A DNA stretch of 64,000 nucleotides from Styela clava (taxonomy: Eukaryota): assembly GCF_964204865.1 (NCBI RefSeq), contig NC_135263.1, positions 8,928,001-8,992,000 of the forward strand, given 5' to 3'. The position numbers and the translations under genes were made by a program. Below the pieces are notes generated by a model. That model searched no databases, was not told where the DNA came from, and saw only the letters and a program-made list of their open reading frames with translations. Below, one piece after another: positions 41,996 to 54,322 of this stretch (the stretch's first letter is position 1; every line of letters begins with the position of its first letter).

Positions 41996-42232
41996 GGGTG
42001 CTCCCGAAGTATGCGAACCAAGATGGCGGACATCGGAACGTAACATGAGTTACAGGTTAGGGTTAGGCGATAATGTTTTTCCAATTTTCCTTATTTTAGT
42101 CCTATTATCAGTTCGAAGACTAGCCAAGGGCCTCCCGTACTATTTATACCTAAAATTATGGCCTAACCCTAACCTAGTACACATATTACATTCCGATGTC
42201 CGCCATCTTGGTTCGCATACTTCGGGAGCCCC
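41996..42232. mobile_element. MITE family B (long TIR, telomere-like internal motifs)
   Basis: ~40-bp TIR GCTCCCGAAGTATGCGAACCAAGATGGCGGACATCGGAA, internal GGTTAGGGTTAGG and CCTAACCCTAACC, ~7-bp TSD AGGGAAA/AAGGAAA. Confidence 0.88.
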
Positions 42233-45200
42233 AAGGAAAGTACTGTTATAACACGTTTGCGCATCTATTTCATGCCTACTTGACTGTTCTTATTGTAACT
42301 ATGTATGACATACTCAGTTGTCTGTGGCCTGAATTAGTTGTTTACATGGTGTTTTAACAGCTATTTTTCCATGCGCTTATACTGTAGTTAGAGAACACTT
42401 AGATTTGCATCGTCGGTTACGGTCAGTATTATGGATGTCCACGCTTTTCACTGAAGTATTTCGAGATGCAGTATGTATGCAAGAGAATGGTCATCACTAT
42501 CAGGCGTTTTATGGGACATCCCAACAGTTGAACTATTAGTCATTTCTGGAAAGTATTTTAACTAGCTGTTCTATGTTACATAGCAATGTGTAATTATACA
42601 GTATGACGCGCATGACATCGATCGGTCACATCCTATATTTCATTTATTCGATTGTTCTGTGAAAAAAAAATTTCGCTGTTTATTGAGAGTTTCTATTCAT
42701 AATTCTTCGCGGAGAGGTGAGCCGGTGTATGATGCGTTTCCTTCCAGGTTATGACATATTTTACTATTTTGTGGCACATCGGTCAGTGGGGAATCTTGCA
42801 AGTTTCAATTCATATATCAGTAATCGTTCCACGTCTAGTAGAAGGTTGAGGTCCCGAATAGGAATATATCAACTTAAATGGGTTTGCTGTGTCTTACTCT
42901 TACCGCCGATTCTTGTATTCTTATTTATTAATCAAGAAATTGTGCGTAATAAATTATTTCGGAACATTTATATTTATCATAGTGTAAATCTATTTCGTGT
43001 CTAACTGAAGCATCTGTATTTTCACCATTTTTGGACGTGACCGTATTTATTCTCCGTTGTTCCTTGTATGGCATAGATTCTCTCATACTGGTGACGTTTG
43101 TCTAAATTCCTAGACGGATACGACGCGTAGCGGGGACTCAAAGAGAAAGTTTTTATTACCATTTTCTTAACAACTCGTTGCTGGTGTAGTCCTACCAGAC
43201 GAAGACGAATTTATTGCTGAAGAGGATTATTAGAAATCCTCAATTTTATTAGGCGATTGTTAATTAAGCTACATTTTCGTGCAATGGTATAAGTCAACCG
43301 GACAAGTCTAGTTGCGAGAGCATCATTATGCTTACCTAGATTAACATTATTTCTGCATCACTCGTAATTAACGTCAACTGCAGGTCAGCGTAACTGATAG
43401 GAACGAATTGAAAACCATTCCAATGCTGATATAAATTGAAGGACTCTCGTAGGTTTAGTTTTAAAGCGTTCCAACGCTGTTTATAGTCTCCCTATAAAAA
43501 AAAGTTAATTTATTATTGATTTATTTTTCATTCTAGTGATACCGCGATGAAGTAGTCTGTTTCATGTGTACTATAGTCCCGTCTTATATTTGTGTATATA
43601 ATAATACAACCTCCTACGGGCTATAATATGCAGTGCATTTCCTGTGTAATGTGATCCGCTAACCGGATATGATGCACGAAATATTTTCAGCTGTCAAAAA
43701 TAACCATCAGATTGTCGTTTTTTATTAACTCATTGCAATAGGCTAATTTGAGAATCGATTTTAAAAAATTACTGTCTTGTTAGAAAGAGCTTTAGATCAT
43801 ATGAAGATCATATCCCAAACCTACTTGAGAGGAGCTTGCTGTAATTATCATTGTTTCGTTATTTCGATCTGGTCTGTCGTTAAGATTTTACAAAATATCT
43901 TCTACTCCAAGCTTAACCCTGCCATTAGATGGCTAATATTGTCAGCAAGAAGAAAGTTTTCTGAGCGTCATTACTTATTTCATGAGTTCATTTATGCTTC
44001 AGTGTACAATGTATACAGTGTTAATCGAAGCGAAGAAGGTCGAGTGATTCTGAATTGTATTAAAGTGGGTTCTTCTGAAAAGCGATCTCAAACAATTGTC
44101 GTAACTCGTAATTATAGGTTACTAACGTCACTGTCAAAAATATCCATCCACACGCATAAGTTGTTATGGTTTGACCAACGCCAAAAGTGGAACCGCAGTA
44201 ATAGATGGGTAATTAAAATTATATGTACAAAAATATTCATCGACTTCGGAGCCAAACATTGCGACTGTGTGTCGACTTGTTCTTCTTTGTTTGAAGTTTG
44301 TACTTTGGGCTAAAAACAATAAGACATCTCTTTTTTATGTCATGTTGAAATAATAGTTCAAATTGGTTTCACCTGTTTGTGAATCACAGATCTCATTTTC
44401 GGGTAGCTTCCTACAAACAAGATTTACAGGTGAAAATATATCAGTACAGTAAACTAAATCAACGATTTGTGTTATATTTCATAATCTCGATGTCAACAGC
44501 CTCCCTATTTATGACAATGAATCGGATAACTCGTCTACTTATGATGATAAAAATCGGTGACGTCATTATGTATGTTCGCAACTTTGTCAGCAACATTCGG
44601 TCAATACTGCCCCAACATCTATTTATTTGATTTGGCGGAGTCCGTGTGCTATTACTGGCTACCAATGTCCAATTCTCGTTTATGAAACGTCAAGCTTTTT
44701 CGAGAAAGTTTGTATAGTGATTGATATTTCTCAAACAAAGGATTTTGAGATATTGAACCGTCGATAACGTCATTTTCGGTAAATATCATTGGCTGTTGTG
44801 CCATTTGTTTGGATGATTTTATAGCATCGTGATTCGTTCTGGTTATAAATTCATAGGTTGAGGCCCCTTGTCATTTGTGTTAGCTTGTAGTGGAAACGTA
44901 ACCCAGTGCTTCATATATAGTGTTTGATTCTTTTTGATTCTATGTAGACCGCGCAAGGCGCGCAGTAGTAAGCTCTTGTAGTTATTTGGCCCAACTAAAT
45001 TATGTTCATTGTTGGGTGTTTTTCACCGCAAGTGAAGGACTATTCGATTTTCTTCCGATTTGTAGTTTTATTTTAACTCGGGGAAATATGTATTATTCAG
45101 CGAACTCGGTGTTCAGCTGTGGACTTATGGGTATCGATGTGCTACCTGCCATAAATGTGATCATTGCTTTTCACGTTTTTTTTTACATCAGATCAGAAGG

Positions 45201-48200
45201 TACTAAAATGTTAATGACAAATCAAATGGGTAAGGGAGAAAATATAGTATAATATTCAATGTCAAAACGGAATGGAATTCCAGAATGCGGATCGCTGTTG
45301 TGTGGGCATCCCGTTCATGAGTCTAATTTTTTTGTTACGAGCGAACGAGTTTTACGTATATACATCTCTTTCACTTTGCTATACTCAGTCCTATTTTTCT
45401 AAGAAACAGAAATGTGATATGTTTGTTTAACGATATTTACTGGAGATAAGATCGATACGCACCCCGAGGCACATGTGGATGCATGTCTGCTCTAAATATG
45501 TTGATTGTTGACATGAAAAGATCTTGAACGAAAATTTTGAGAACGTAAATAACCTATCGAGAGAGGATGATTGAAGGCTGACTGGTAGTTGTGAGGTGTA
45601 GCTAATTCACTTAAATATTTTGTTCGAAGATGTCGCTTTCTATACTTAACCGATGGTAGCTATATTGGGTGGCTGTGATGATCGCCGAATTACAACAAAT
45701 TGAAATAACGGAAAAGTGTCGCAGTTGGTTGAAAATTGATAGATGCCTCAAGTAGTTTGGGATTTGGCTTTTTGGGAAATATAAAAGCGTAACCATAATT
45801 CCAACCTAACGCTATTGTAAAGCTATTCGACAGTTGTTAATTACAGCTAAATTCTTTTATGCGGCCGAAATATACACTTTTATGTACAAATTCGGCGAAG
45901 TCAAAGGTAGATTAGTAAAACGAGCTGGGAACTCTTGAAGATTTATATTTTGTATTGTGATAATAAATACATGACGGGAAGTAATGTTTCAAAATGCGTG
46001 GGTATCGAGTTAAGCAAGATGATAACACCATCGTTCAGCTCTGTAAGAGCGGATGATCGTGATTATGTAATTTCCGAACCTATCGTCATGAAGAGCTTTG
46101 TCCGCTGCCCGCTGTTAAAACCAGCATCAATTTAATTCGTTTTCAGTGTAACATGCCATGATTCGTTACACAAGTCATAAGAATACGATTCGATTAGTAG
46201 CTTTCAATAAGTTCGTGCCCGACTTTGCAATTCGTTTGATTACTACTACTGATTTAATGATTGGTTAATACAGAAATGCAATTAATTGAGTTGCGTATTT
46301 TTAATTACATGTCTCTGATTTAAATGCGAAGCAATTAGACAATTATATGTTTAGATCAGTTTCAATCTCGGCAAGCAATGCGAATCGACTAATACGTGAG
46401 GATGTAATTGAAATGAAAGATTTCAGCTCGTCTTATCGTTATAACCCGGTGAGGATAGGATTGTATGGCTTTATCGTAAACAACTGATGAAAATGTCGAG
46501 AATTTAGCATTCAGTGCGAAATATTGCAGATATAGAGCACTTGTTTCTGACTGTCATGCTGTATTACTAATTATATATACTATAAATCTTAGGCTATGAA
46601 CCACAATTCGCGAGGGGTGGTAACCTTAGAACCGGTCACGCTTGGTGCTTAACATTGAATTGATTGGTAATAAGATTATTTTAGCACATTGGACCACAAA
46701 TATTTTATGTACACGCTTACGGTATTGTGGATGATAGGTATCTCTACCGGTCACCCATGTCAAATACTTCCAAAGCGTTATAAATTATTCCGATCAATAT
46801 GTTCTATATTGTAGATATTGGGTCAGCTAGATAGCATGTCGCACACATTGCATGTTTACTTCCAGCATATCTCTTCTTTCATAAAGCCATTAAGACCACG
46901 CCCTAGGTTTACGACCAAAAATGCGCGCGCTCTATTGACATACATGCTAGATATTAATATATTTCGTAGTAAGCTTATTCGCCGCAGTTTGCTCCAGGCG
47001 AACTTGTTATATGGTTTCATTCAGAAGCAACGCTTCTCGTGTTACTGCATAAGTATGGTGTGTCTTTCGAGCCGCGCATTCTTCTATGTTGTTCCAAATC
47101 CAGCGAAAACTGTATTCCGTTATTTCAGTATTTGCGAGAAGCTGTCGAATTATGAAGGCTGATAAGACTTATTATTTCATTTTTGCAGAACTTTCATTTG
47201 TTAGGTTGTTGTATTCTTCATCCCTCGTGAATGGTCTGGTGACTACCATATTATGTTGTTTTTTTGCTGTCAGAGTGGTTTTGAACAAACTTTAGACAAT
47301 TTTAGTGCGCGCCATTTGCCAGTCCGAATAGTTTCACTTCTGCTGGTTCCTATTTTCGATGCCTATGGCGACTAATATTTATATACATGAATACATTAAC
47401 AAGGTATGCTGCATACGAACCTGAAATTGGTGTTGCGAATGTCATCTAGAACCTAGAATGTGAAAACTTCTGATAGAACGAGTGATGTAGAATACGTACA
47501 CTGCATAGCCAGTTGGCCATAAACGACATTTACTGTTATTGCTTCAGTTCATAGAAATAGTATTAATAATACTATCTTATTAATAATAAATTTGACGTTT
47601 CTTTCATTAGAATACTTACGATAAAATGCGTTTATAACCCTCCAAATAATTCGCGTCCATGTGTTGTTAAAATTTATTGTTTTTGTAGTTATTTAAAGGA
47701 GGCTCCTCATTATTCCTTCGTATCTCGTCTTGTGGTTTCGTGTTGTCTGCGCGAAGGAGGCTGGCTTTACGGTAGCTGATTCAAGTAGGCAGGCAGGCAG
47801 GCATAAAAATAGCAATTTAAATTTGTTAGCTCAGAGGCAATCGAACGCAAAGCAGTAAAATTGCCATTACGTCGCTCTGAATGTATTTGTCGAGCGAACT
47901 GAGAGGAAATTGGATGTTATTCTAAATAGTCTTTCCCCGGTTAATCTGGACCGAGTGTGATCAATAGTAGAGAAGTGCTCTACATCTACCACTCGTGCTT
48001 GGGAATGTGTTAGTTGCAATCGACTAATTTAAATTTTTTGAACAAAGAACGTCTACAAGTACAGGCGTCCAATTAGTAATTTCAGATTCTTTGTTGTGCT
48101 CAACAAAATCTAGGTGGCCTCCTTATTTGTATTTTTATCGCTACTTGTAATATATTATAATTCTAGCGGTAGTACGTATGCATGCGAGATTCGTCGTTGT

Positions 48201-48432
48201 TAATCTTGGACCGATGATCAACCGTTTTCTATGAAATCTTTAAGCTAAAATAAAAAATTTTTTTGCATATACCAGATGTATTCACACATTCAAGATTTTA
48301 ACATCACAAAACCGCTTTGATCTTAAAATCAGATTGTTATATCACGTTTCGTTCATTATTCTAACGAAAATAACGATGTTTTTTCCTTTTCTTTCATATC
48401 TATTCGAACATAATAAACAAATCAATCAAAAG

Positions 48433-48528
48433 AAAGCGGCAAAAAGAATTCCAAGAAATCAAATAATTCATCTACGGATAAAGATCCTGTCTCAGGAGAA
48501 GATAAGAAAACAGAGCAAGAAAAACAAG
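48433..48528 (+). CDS. Putative 96-nt Lys/Ser-rich exon of the long thymosin isoform
   Basis: First AG after a CTAAC branch site (48361) and pyrimidine tract, donor CAAG|GTAAAA. Phase 1-1. Encodes (K)SGKKNSKKSNNSSTDKDPVSGEDKKTEQEKQ. Confidence 0.6.
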
Positions 48529-49346
48529 GTAAAATCAGCAGACTGTAAAATATACACTGACACTTTCACACCGCCCAATACCCTGCTTCTCTTGACACTC
48601 GATGATTCCGTCAGAAATCAAGCAGTGCCACAGATAATCAGCATACTGAATTGACATGATTTTTCGAACCGCAGGAAGGATTACTATTACTTTCATATTA
48701 TATGGAATTGTATATAATCACCTAAACAAAGCTTTTGAACAAGCAGTGGCTCAATTTAGATTTACATTGATTGAAATTATGAAATTTAATTAAGTTCAGT
48801 TTATTTCAGTTGAAACCGTTTGTAAAATTCAGCCCGAGGTTATTGCGCTCATTGCCGACATTTTTTTTGGAGCTAGCTGTTTACTCAGATATGTAATTTT
48901 GTCTTTAGTTTCGTATTAATCACCATTTGCGTTTTTGTCAGATCGGGTTTCCGTTTTGCTCGTATAATATTGAGGTATTGCTTTAAATTACCTAAGCGTG
49001 AAAATTGTCTCGAGTTGGTATTAGTTTTTTTGTGGTCTTAACTGTCTTGAGCTTATATGGGTTTTTGCATCTTGGTGCGGTCTGTAAGTGATAAATCGAC
49101 GGTTCGCTTTACGTTTGAGTGTTCTGATATTGTTAAGGTTATAGCCTTCGAATGTAATAAATAGTTAGCTACAGAATGTTTTGCCTCGCAGGTGAAACGC
49201 GACTCTGTGCAGTCGATCTAATGCGCGATATATTTTTGCCGGCCTCTGTGTGATGTGCTAGAGGTTATTTTCACTTGTTAGGGTTGTCACGCTCTATTTG
49301 ATTCCATCTTTTTCTCATGTCGTTCTGAATATTGACTTGTTTTTAG

Positions 49347-49636
49347 TTGTAGAAGAAGTACCCAAGGTAGAGGAGCAGCAAGCTACTACAAGCGAGGAAC
49401 CGATTGAACAGAAACAGGCAGAGTCGTCTTCAACTACTGAAGAGAAAAAGGAAGAGCCAAAGCAAGAAGCGGTCGTAGAAGTAGCGAAAAAAGAAGAACC
49501 GGCACAACAGGCAGAGGAAACGAAAGCCGAAGAACCAGCTAAATCAGAACAAACACAAGAGGAAGCAAAGCCGGAAGTTGCCGAAGCAAAACCGGAAGAA
49601 GAGAAAGAAGTTACACAAGAAGAATCAGCACAAGAA
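49347..49636 (+). CDS. Glu/Lys/Ala/Pro-rich disordered exon of the long thymosin isoform
   Basis: Acceptor TTTTTAG|, donor GAA|GTGAGT in phase 0, in frame with the acceptor at 50772. Purine-rich coding bias: VEEVPKVEEQQATTSEEPIEQKQAESSSTTEEKKEEPKQEAVVEVAKKEEPAQQAEETKAEEPAKSEQTQEEAKPEVAEAKPEEEKEVTQEESAQE. Confidence 0.82.
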
Positions 49637-50624
49637 GTGAGTATTGAATTATAGAGACATATCATTGCTAAGAATCATCAAATATTCACAAGTAAATTAT
49701 ACGCTTTTACCTCGAATCTCCGCTTCAAAAGTTCAGTTTTGTTTAACTCGTGCTAGCTTGATGACTATTTTTATGATTTGTAGCATGAACATGGGACAGA
49801 CTAGCGTATTTCAATTTTCCGAACTCGGAGATATATACGGTATATATAAGTGTATTCCACATCCTGGTATTCATTACATCAAATAACATTGTCTTTCGCA
49901 AACAACGCATCCCGATTCACCTTTATTGCTATGTATTTTTGAGAGACCTCCATTGTTTATTTATTAAAATGCCGTACGATAAGGCGATTTGAACATCTCA
50001 TATTCGTGTTAGCGCGGTTAGGTATGTGTCCAGTTTCACCAAACCTATTTACTAATGAAGCCTGGCCTGCAGTAGGCCCTACATGACAACGAAGGCATCT
50101 GCTGATATTTTATTATCCATCGTTTTGGATTTTTCAATTTTGATCTCGGCGGCTAAGAACTCCATGGATAAATCGAATTCAAACTGCCCGCTGTATTCGC
50201 GATACATGCTTAGTAGGATTGAGATCCACTTTTTTGTAGATTTCGTTCGTAATTAATTTTTTGTAGATTTCGTTCGTGTTTGCACTAGTTCACTCACGCA
50301 TAGCTGTCAGCAATATGGAATGTGCGATTTGCTTATTCAGTTTACCATTTGTGTATTTTATGTCTAAATTCTTGGACTGTGCTTTGAACGCGCGTGGACT
50401 TGTATATTCGCACAGTAGGAGGTGAATAAGTTGTAAATTGTGCTATTTGCTTTAGAAGATATTCCAGGTATAATTTCTGTAACGGTATTAAACGAATTTG
50501 AACTACTTTTCAAATTCATAAGTCTAAGACCAAGTTGTAATTACATCACTAATGATGTTCTTATGTAGTCGGATTGTATTACACCAGCATTCTAGAAACA
50601 CTGGGCAAGGTACAAAAATTCACT

Positions 50625-50724
50625 TATAAAACTTTATCAAAGAGATTGGACATTATATTTCCGACTTGCCTTTACTCTTCAATAACCGATAATGCACAGA
50701 CGAGTTCAGACGGACTTACAAGAA
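50625..50724 (+). promoter_or_regulatory. Putative internal promoter and non-coding first exon for the short thymosin isoform
   Basis: TATAAAA at 50625-50631, donor CAAGAA|GTGAGT at 50724, 47-nt intron to the acceptor at 50771, ATG at 50784 (GTCATGT). Confidence 0.4.
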
Positions 50725-50771
50725 GTGAGTGTATTTAGTTTTTTATCTTAAATTACGCGCTTTTTTTATAG

Positions 50772-53700
50772 GAACAACCAGTCATGTCGAAACCAGATGT
50801 ATCAGCCGTTATGGATTTTGATAAAACCAAATTGAAACAAGTAACAACCGAGGAAAAGACTGACGCCAAATCACGTAAGTATTTCACCTATTTTCTGTCA
50901 ACGAAAAGAAATATCCTTAGTTCATTAATTGAATTCAGCTATGGATGATAGGAAAAATGAATCTGGGTGATACCGACAGAAACGCGATTCGAATTTTTCT
51001 CAAACGCGATCTATTTTTTCACAGAATATCTTGAAGAAAAATCGCGAGAGCAGGCCGCTTCATTTGACCACAGCAAGCTGAAACAAGTAGAAACACAAGA
51101 CAAATCTGTGTTACCAACAGCACAAGGTATCTTATAAAATCTTTGACCTGACGATTTTTTGAACCAGACTTTATCTTTGACTCTTGAGAACAATGCAGTC
51201 AGTATTGTGGTCAATAATCACTCGTCTATCAGTTTTATGTCTTAATAATTCAAGGATTGATTTCATCCGATTTAAATCTAAGAATTTCAAAAATCAGCCA
51301 CGTTGGTGATCGAAGGGGCTTTGTTCTGAGAGAACGCGACAAGCATCTCATGAAATGTTCAAAATAGTTTTGCCTTAGCTTGTAACTCATTAAACTTTCA
51401 AAACCAAATTCCCTTGCAAAGTTAATTTTGTTCGGTAATTTATGACTTTTATATTATGTTTGCGTATCACACTGTACTAGTATTTGAACGATATACTGTC
51501 GACCTTCCCCACCTGGAAACAGAAATTAGTTTCGTCAACAAATCGCTGGCAGATTGGAGTAAAAACGCATTAAATTATCTTAATTTTCACTGTAAATGAA
51601 AAATTTGCTAGTTACTGTGGCGAGATTACTCAAATATTTGCTATTTATTAACAATTGCAGAAATGAATATCTGTGGTTTGGTATATAGTAACTGAATACT
51701 GTAAATAACAAAATTTGATCCTCGAGGCAAAACGATCAAACTCGTTTATATTATTGTTCCTAGCTGTATACTAATTGTGATACTTCTGTTAAGACATTGT
51801 TCACGAAAAAGCACCACAGCAAGCTGCCAGTTTCGAAAAAGAGAAACTCCACCATGTTGAAACTGTGGAGAAGGTGGCTATGCCTACTGCCCAGGGTATC
51901 TATGTTAAATTATTTTGATATTCGGAAATTCTTGACATTGTGCGTTCATAATAGTTTCATTGTCATAATAACGAATTTCATCTTTTTCTTGCAATTATAT
52001 ATTTTTTCAAATGTATTAAATGTAATTATTGGCATTGGTAATACAATCAATTTCATATTTTAGATTTCAAAAATTTATGATGAAGAAATATAAATCACAC
52101 TATTGTAATATAATATATATATATTAGATTACGCTTTTCGTATATATTTGTACCCAAAGTTTTTAAAGTATGTCGACTTATCATACATAATTAAGATGCT
52201 TTTTAATCTATAATCTATTATTTGTCAAAAATAATGACCATATATTGAGCTTCCTAATTACTAACTTTATAACTGACAAAAGTATTTTTATTATATTAGA
52301 AATAGCTCAAGAAAAAGCGCCACAGCAAGCTGCCAACTTCAAAAGGGAAGAGCTTAAGCACGTTGAAACAGCAGAAAAAGTAGCATTGCCAACTACCCAA
52401 GGTAATAAATATATTGTGCTACTCTTATTTTACAAACATTATCCCAAAAAAATTGTTTCGGGCACTTTGTTAGCTAGCTATAAACTTATCTATATTGTAG
52501 ACTATATTTGATTTTTCCGAGTCATAAGAGTAAGATAGGAAAACTATTCTAGAATTTTTTCTATCCCTACTTTCATCTCCGATTTCAATTATTGTAAATC
52601 CATTTAAGCATATAAATAATTGGGAAAGGAATAACATAACTCAGGATTGATGAAAGAATTATAATTTCGAAACACCTATCAATTTCATTATTACCGTTAT
52701 TCTGATTTTCATGCATTTTCGTTCATGAAAGACTGACTAAATATTTTGAATGTGTTTGACAGATATTCTCCATGAAAAGACACCACAGGAGGCTGCTAAT
52801 TTCGACCAAGATCAACTAAAACACGTTGATCCAGTGGAAAAGCACTCCTTGCCGTCACAGGAGGGTAAATAAAATTACTTCCATCTATCGCTGATCATAT
52901 TAGCCAAATTTGATAAGTTTTCTTCTTCTTAGTGTTTTCTTCGCCGACAGGGTAATACTTTGATAGTATACAGTATACACTCAGCCTAAATTACTAAACA
53001 TTTAATAAGTGTCGTTCGTGTTTGACTGAAATTTTATTTAATCTATAGACGCCAACATGTCATTCCAGATGCATGTCCATAGTGTATGTATAACTAAACT
53101 ATTTTCCACTAAATTTCATTTATATTTGTGTATAAACCCAAAATATATTAATCCACATCTGAAGCGCTTTTGGGCGGTCATACAAATTCAATGATAACTG
53201 ACTCCGATGACCGCGTGGTCGTCGTATCGTTGCCACCCACTCTGTACCGAGAACTATTTGCTTTCGAATATATTTTGTTGTGTTCATGTTTTCCGCTTGA
53301 CAAAACATATAAAATCTCATTTGCATGATTCAAACCGACCATCTACTCGATAGAGAAAGTCGACTGGCCCCTTCCATCCGCTTCTGACCAGTGGTTAGAT
53401 CCTTAACTGTTATTTTTCCCAATGTAGATATAGCGGCAGAAAAGACTATTCAAAACATATCCCTCTTCCGCAAAGAATCTCTAAACAAAGTTGACGTAGA
53501 AGAGAAAAACACTTTGCCAACCAAGGAAAGTGAGTAACATATCAAATTATATATATTGTGTTTTGTATTTTGTAATGGCAAACAAGTTCTAGTAGATTCC
53601 GGTATCAGCACCATCGGTAGTAACTTGCTTATGTCACCTCGAAAAATGAGAGGCCCTATCGGTGTAAGATTTTCAACTAAAAAGAGCGTAGAATCAAACA

Positions 53701-54322
53701 AAAAGACAAAGCGCTAATTAAAAGAGGGTGCGGGAGTTTTATAGCCACGGGCCTCCAGAAGTATGCGCACCAAGATGGCGCACAACCTGAACATAGTATG
53801 TGTGTGTGTGTGTGTGTGTGTGTATCGGCTAGGATTCAGGTTGTGCGACATTTTGGTGCGCATACTTCTGGAGCACCGAATGATTAATTAGCTACCGTCA
53901 TAGCGAAACCCCACAATTCGAATTTACGCCTCCCAACAATAAAAGCGAAGTGCGAATGTGTGGGGGTTTGGTGCAGACACTATTCATCACAAAATTCTTG
54001 ATCTTTTTCCTGGAGCTAGCTACGTCGTTGGTTCCAAACTAAAACCGACGGAACTCCTCCAGAAATCATAGTAATAATAAAATATGGATTTGACTGAATA
54101 GGTCACTGATCCCGACTGTCGAAAAACTTTGATGTAAATATCTAAACGTAGGAAAAAAATGCTGTTGAATAAATTTGCTTCACAAAATAATCATTCAGTA
54201 TTCAATTGAATATAAACAAATCTGTATATATTCTAGTGTAGATATGTCGTAATTTTTGCATCTCATTGCTGTAACAAATACATTATTTTCCAGCCATTGA
54301 CCAGGAGAAAGCTGAAGCCTGA
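50772..54322 (+). CDS. Six-repeat beta-thymosin (WH2) protein; 209 aa from Met 50784, 358 aa with the upstream exons
   Basis: Exons 50772-50874, 51025-51126, 51794-51895, 52300-52401, 52763-52864, 53428-53529, 54294-54322, all GT-AG and phase 1. Protein MSKPDVSAVMDFDKTKLKQVTTEEKTDAKS/QYLEEKSREQAASFDHSKLKQVETQDKSVLPTAQ/DIVHEKAPQQAASFEKEKLHHVETVEKVAMPTAQ/EIAQEKAPQQAANFKREELKHVETAEKVALPTTQ/DILHEKTPQEAANFDQDQLKHVDPVEKHSLPSQE/DIAAEKTIQNISLFRKESLNKVDVEEKNTLPTKE/TIDQEKAEA. Confidence 0.93.
53748..53878. mobile_element. MITE related to family B with internal (TG)n microsatellite
   Basis: TIR CTCCAGAAGTATGCGCACCAAGATGGCGCACAACCTGAA...TTCAGGTTGTGCGACATTTTGGTGCGCATACTTCTGGAG, similar to the TIR at 41996. 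Lies in the last thymosin intron. Confidence 0.82.

Noticed and set aside
43777-44313. 178-aa ORF, the longest unexplained one
   Set aside because: Non-ATG start, no domain motifs, composition typical of translated AT-rich intron.
49315-49665. Ser-rich minus-strand ORF
   Set aside because: Antisense shadow of the Glu/Lys-rich coding exon.
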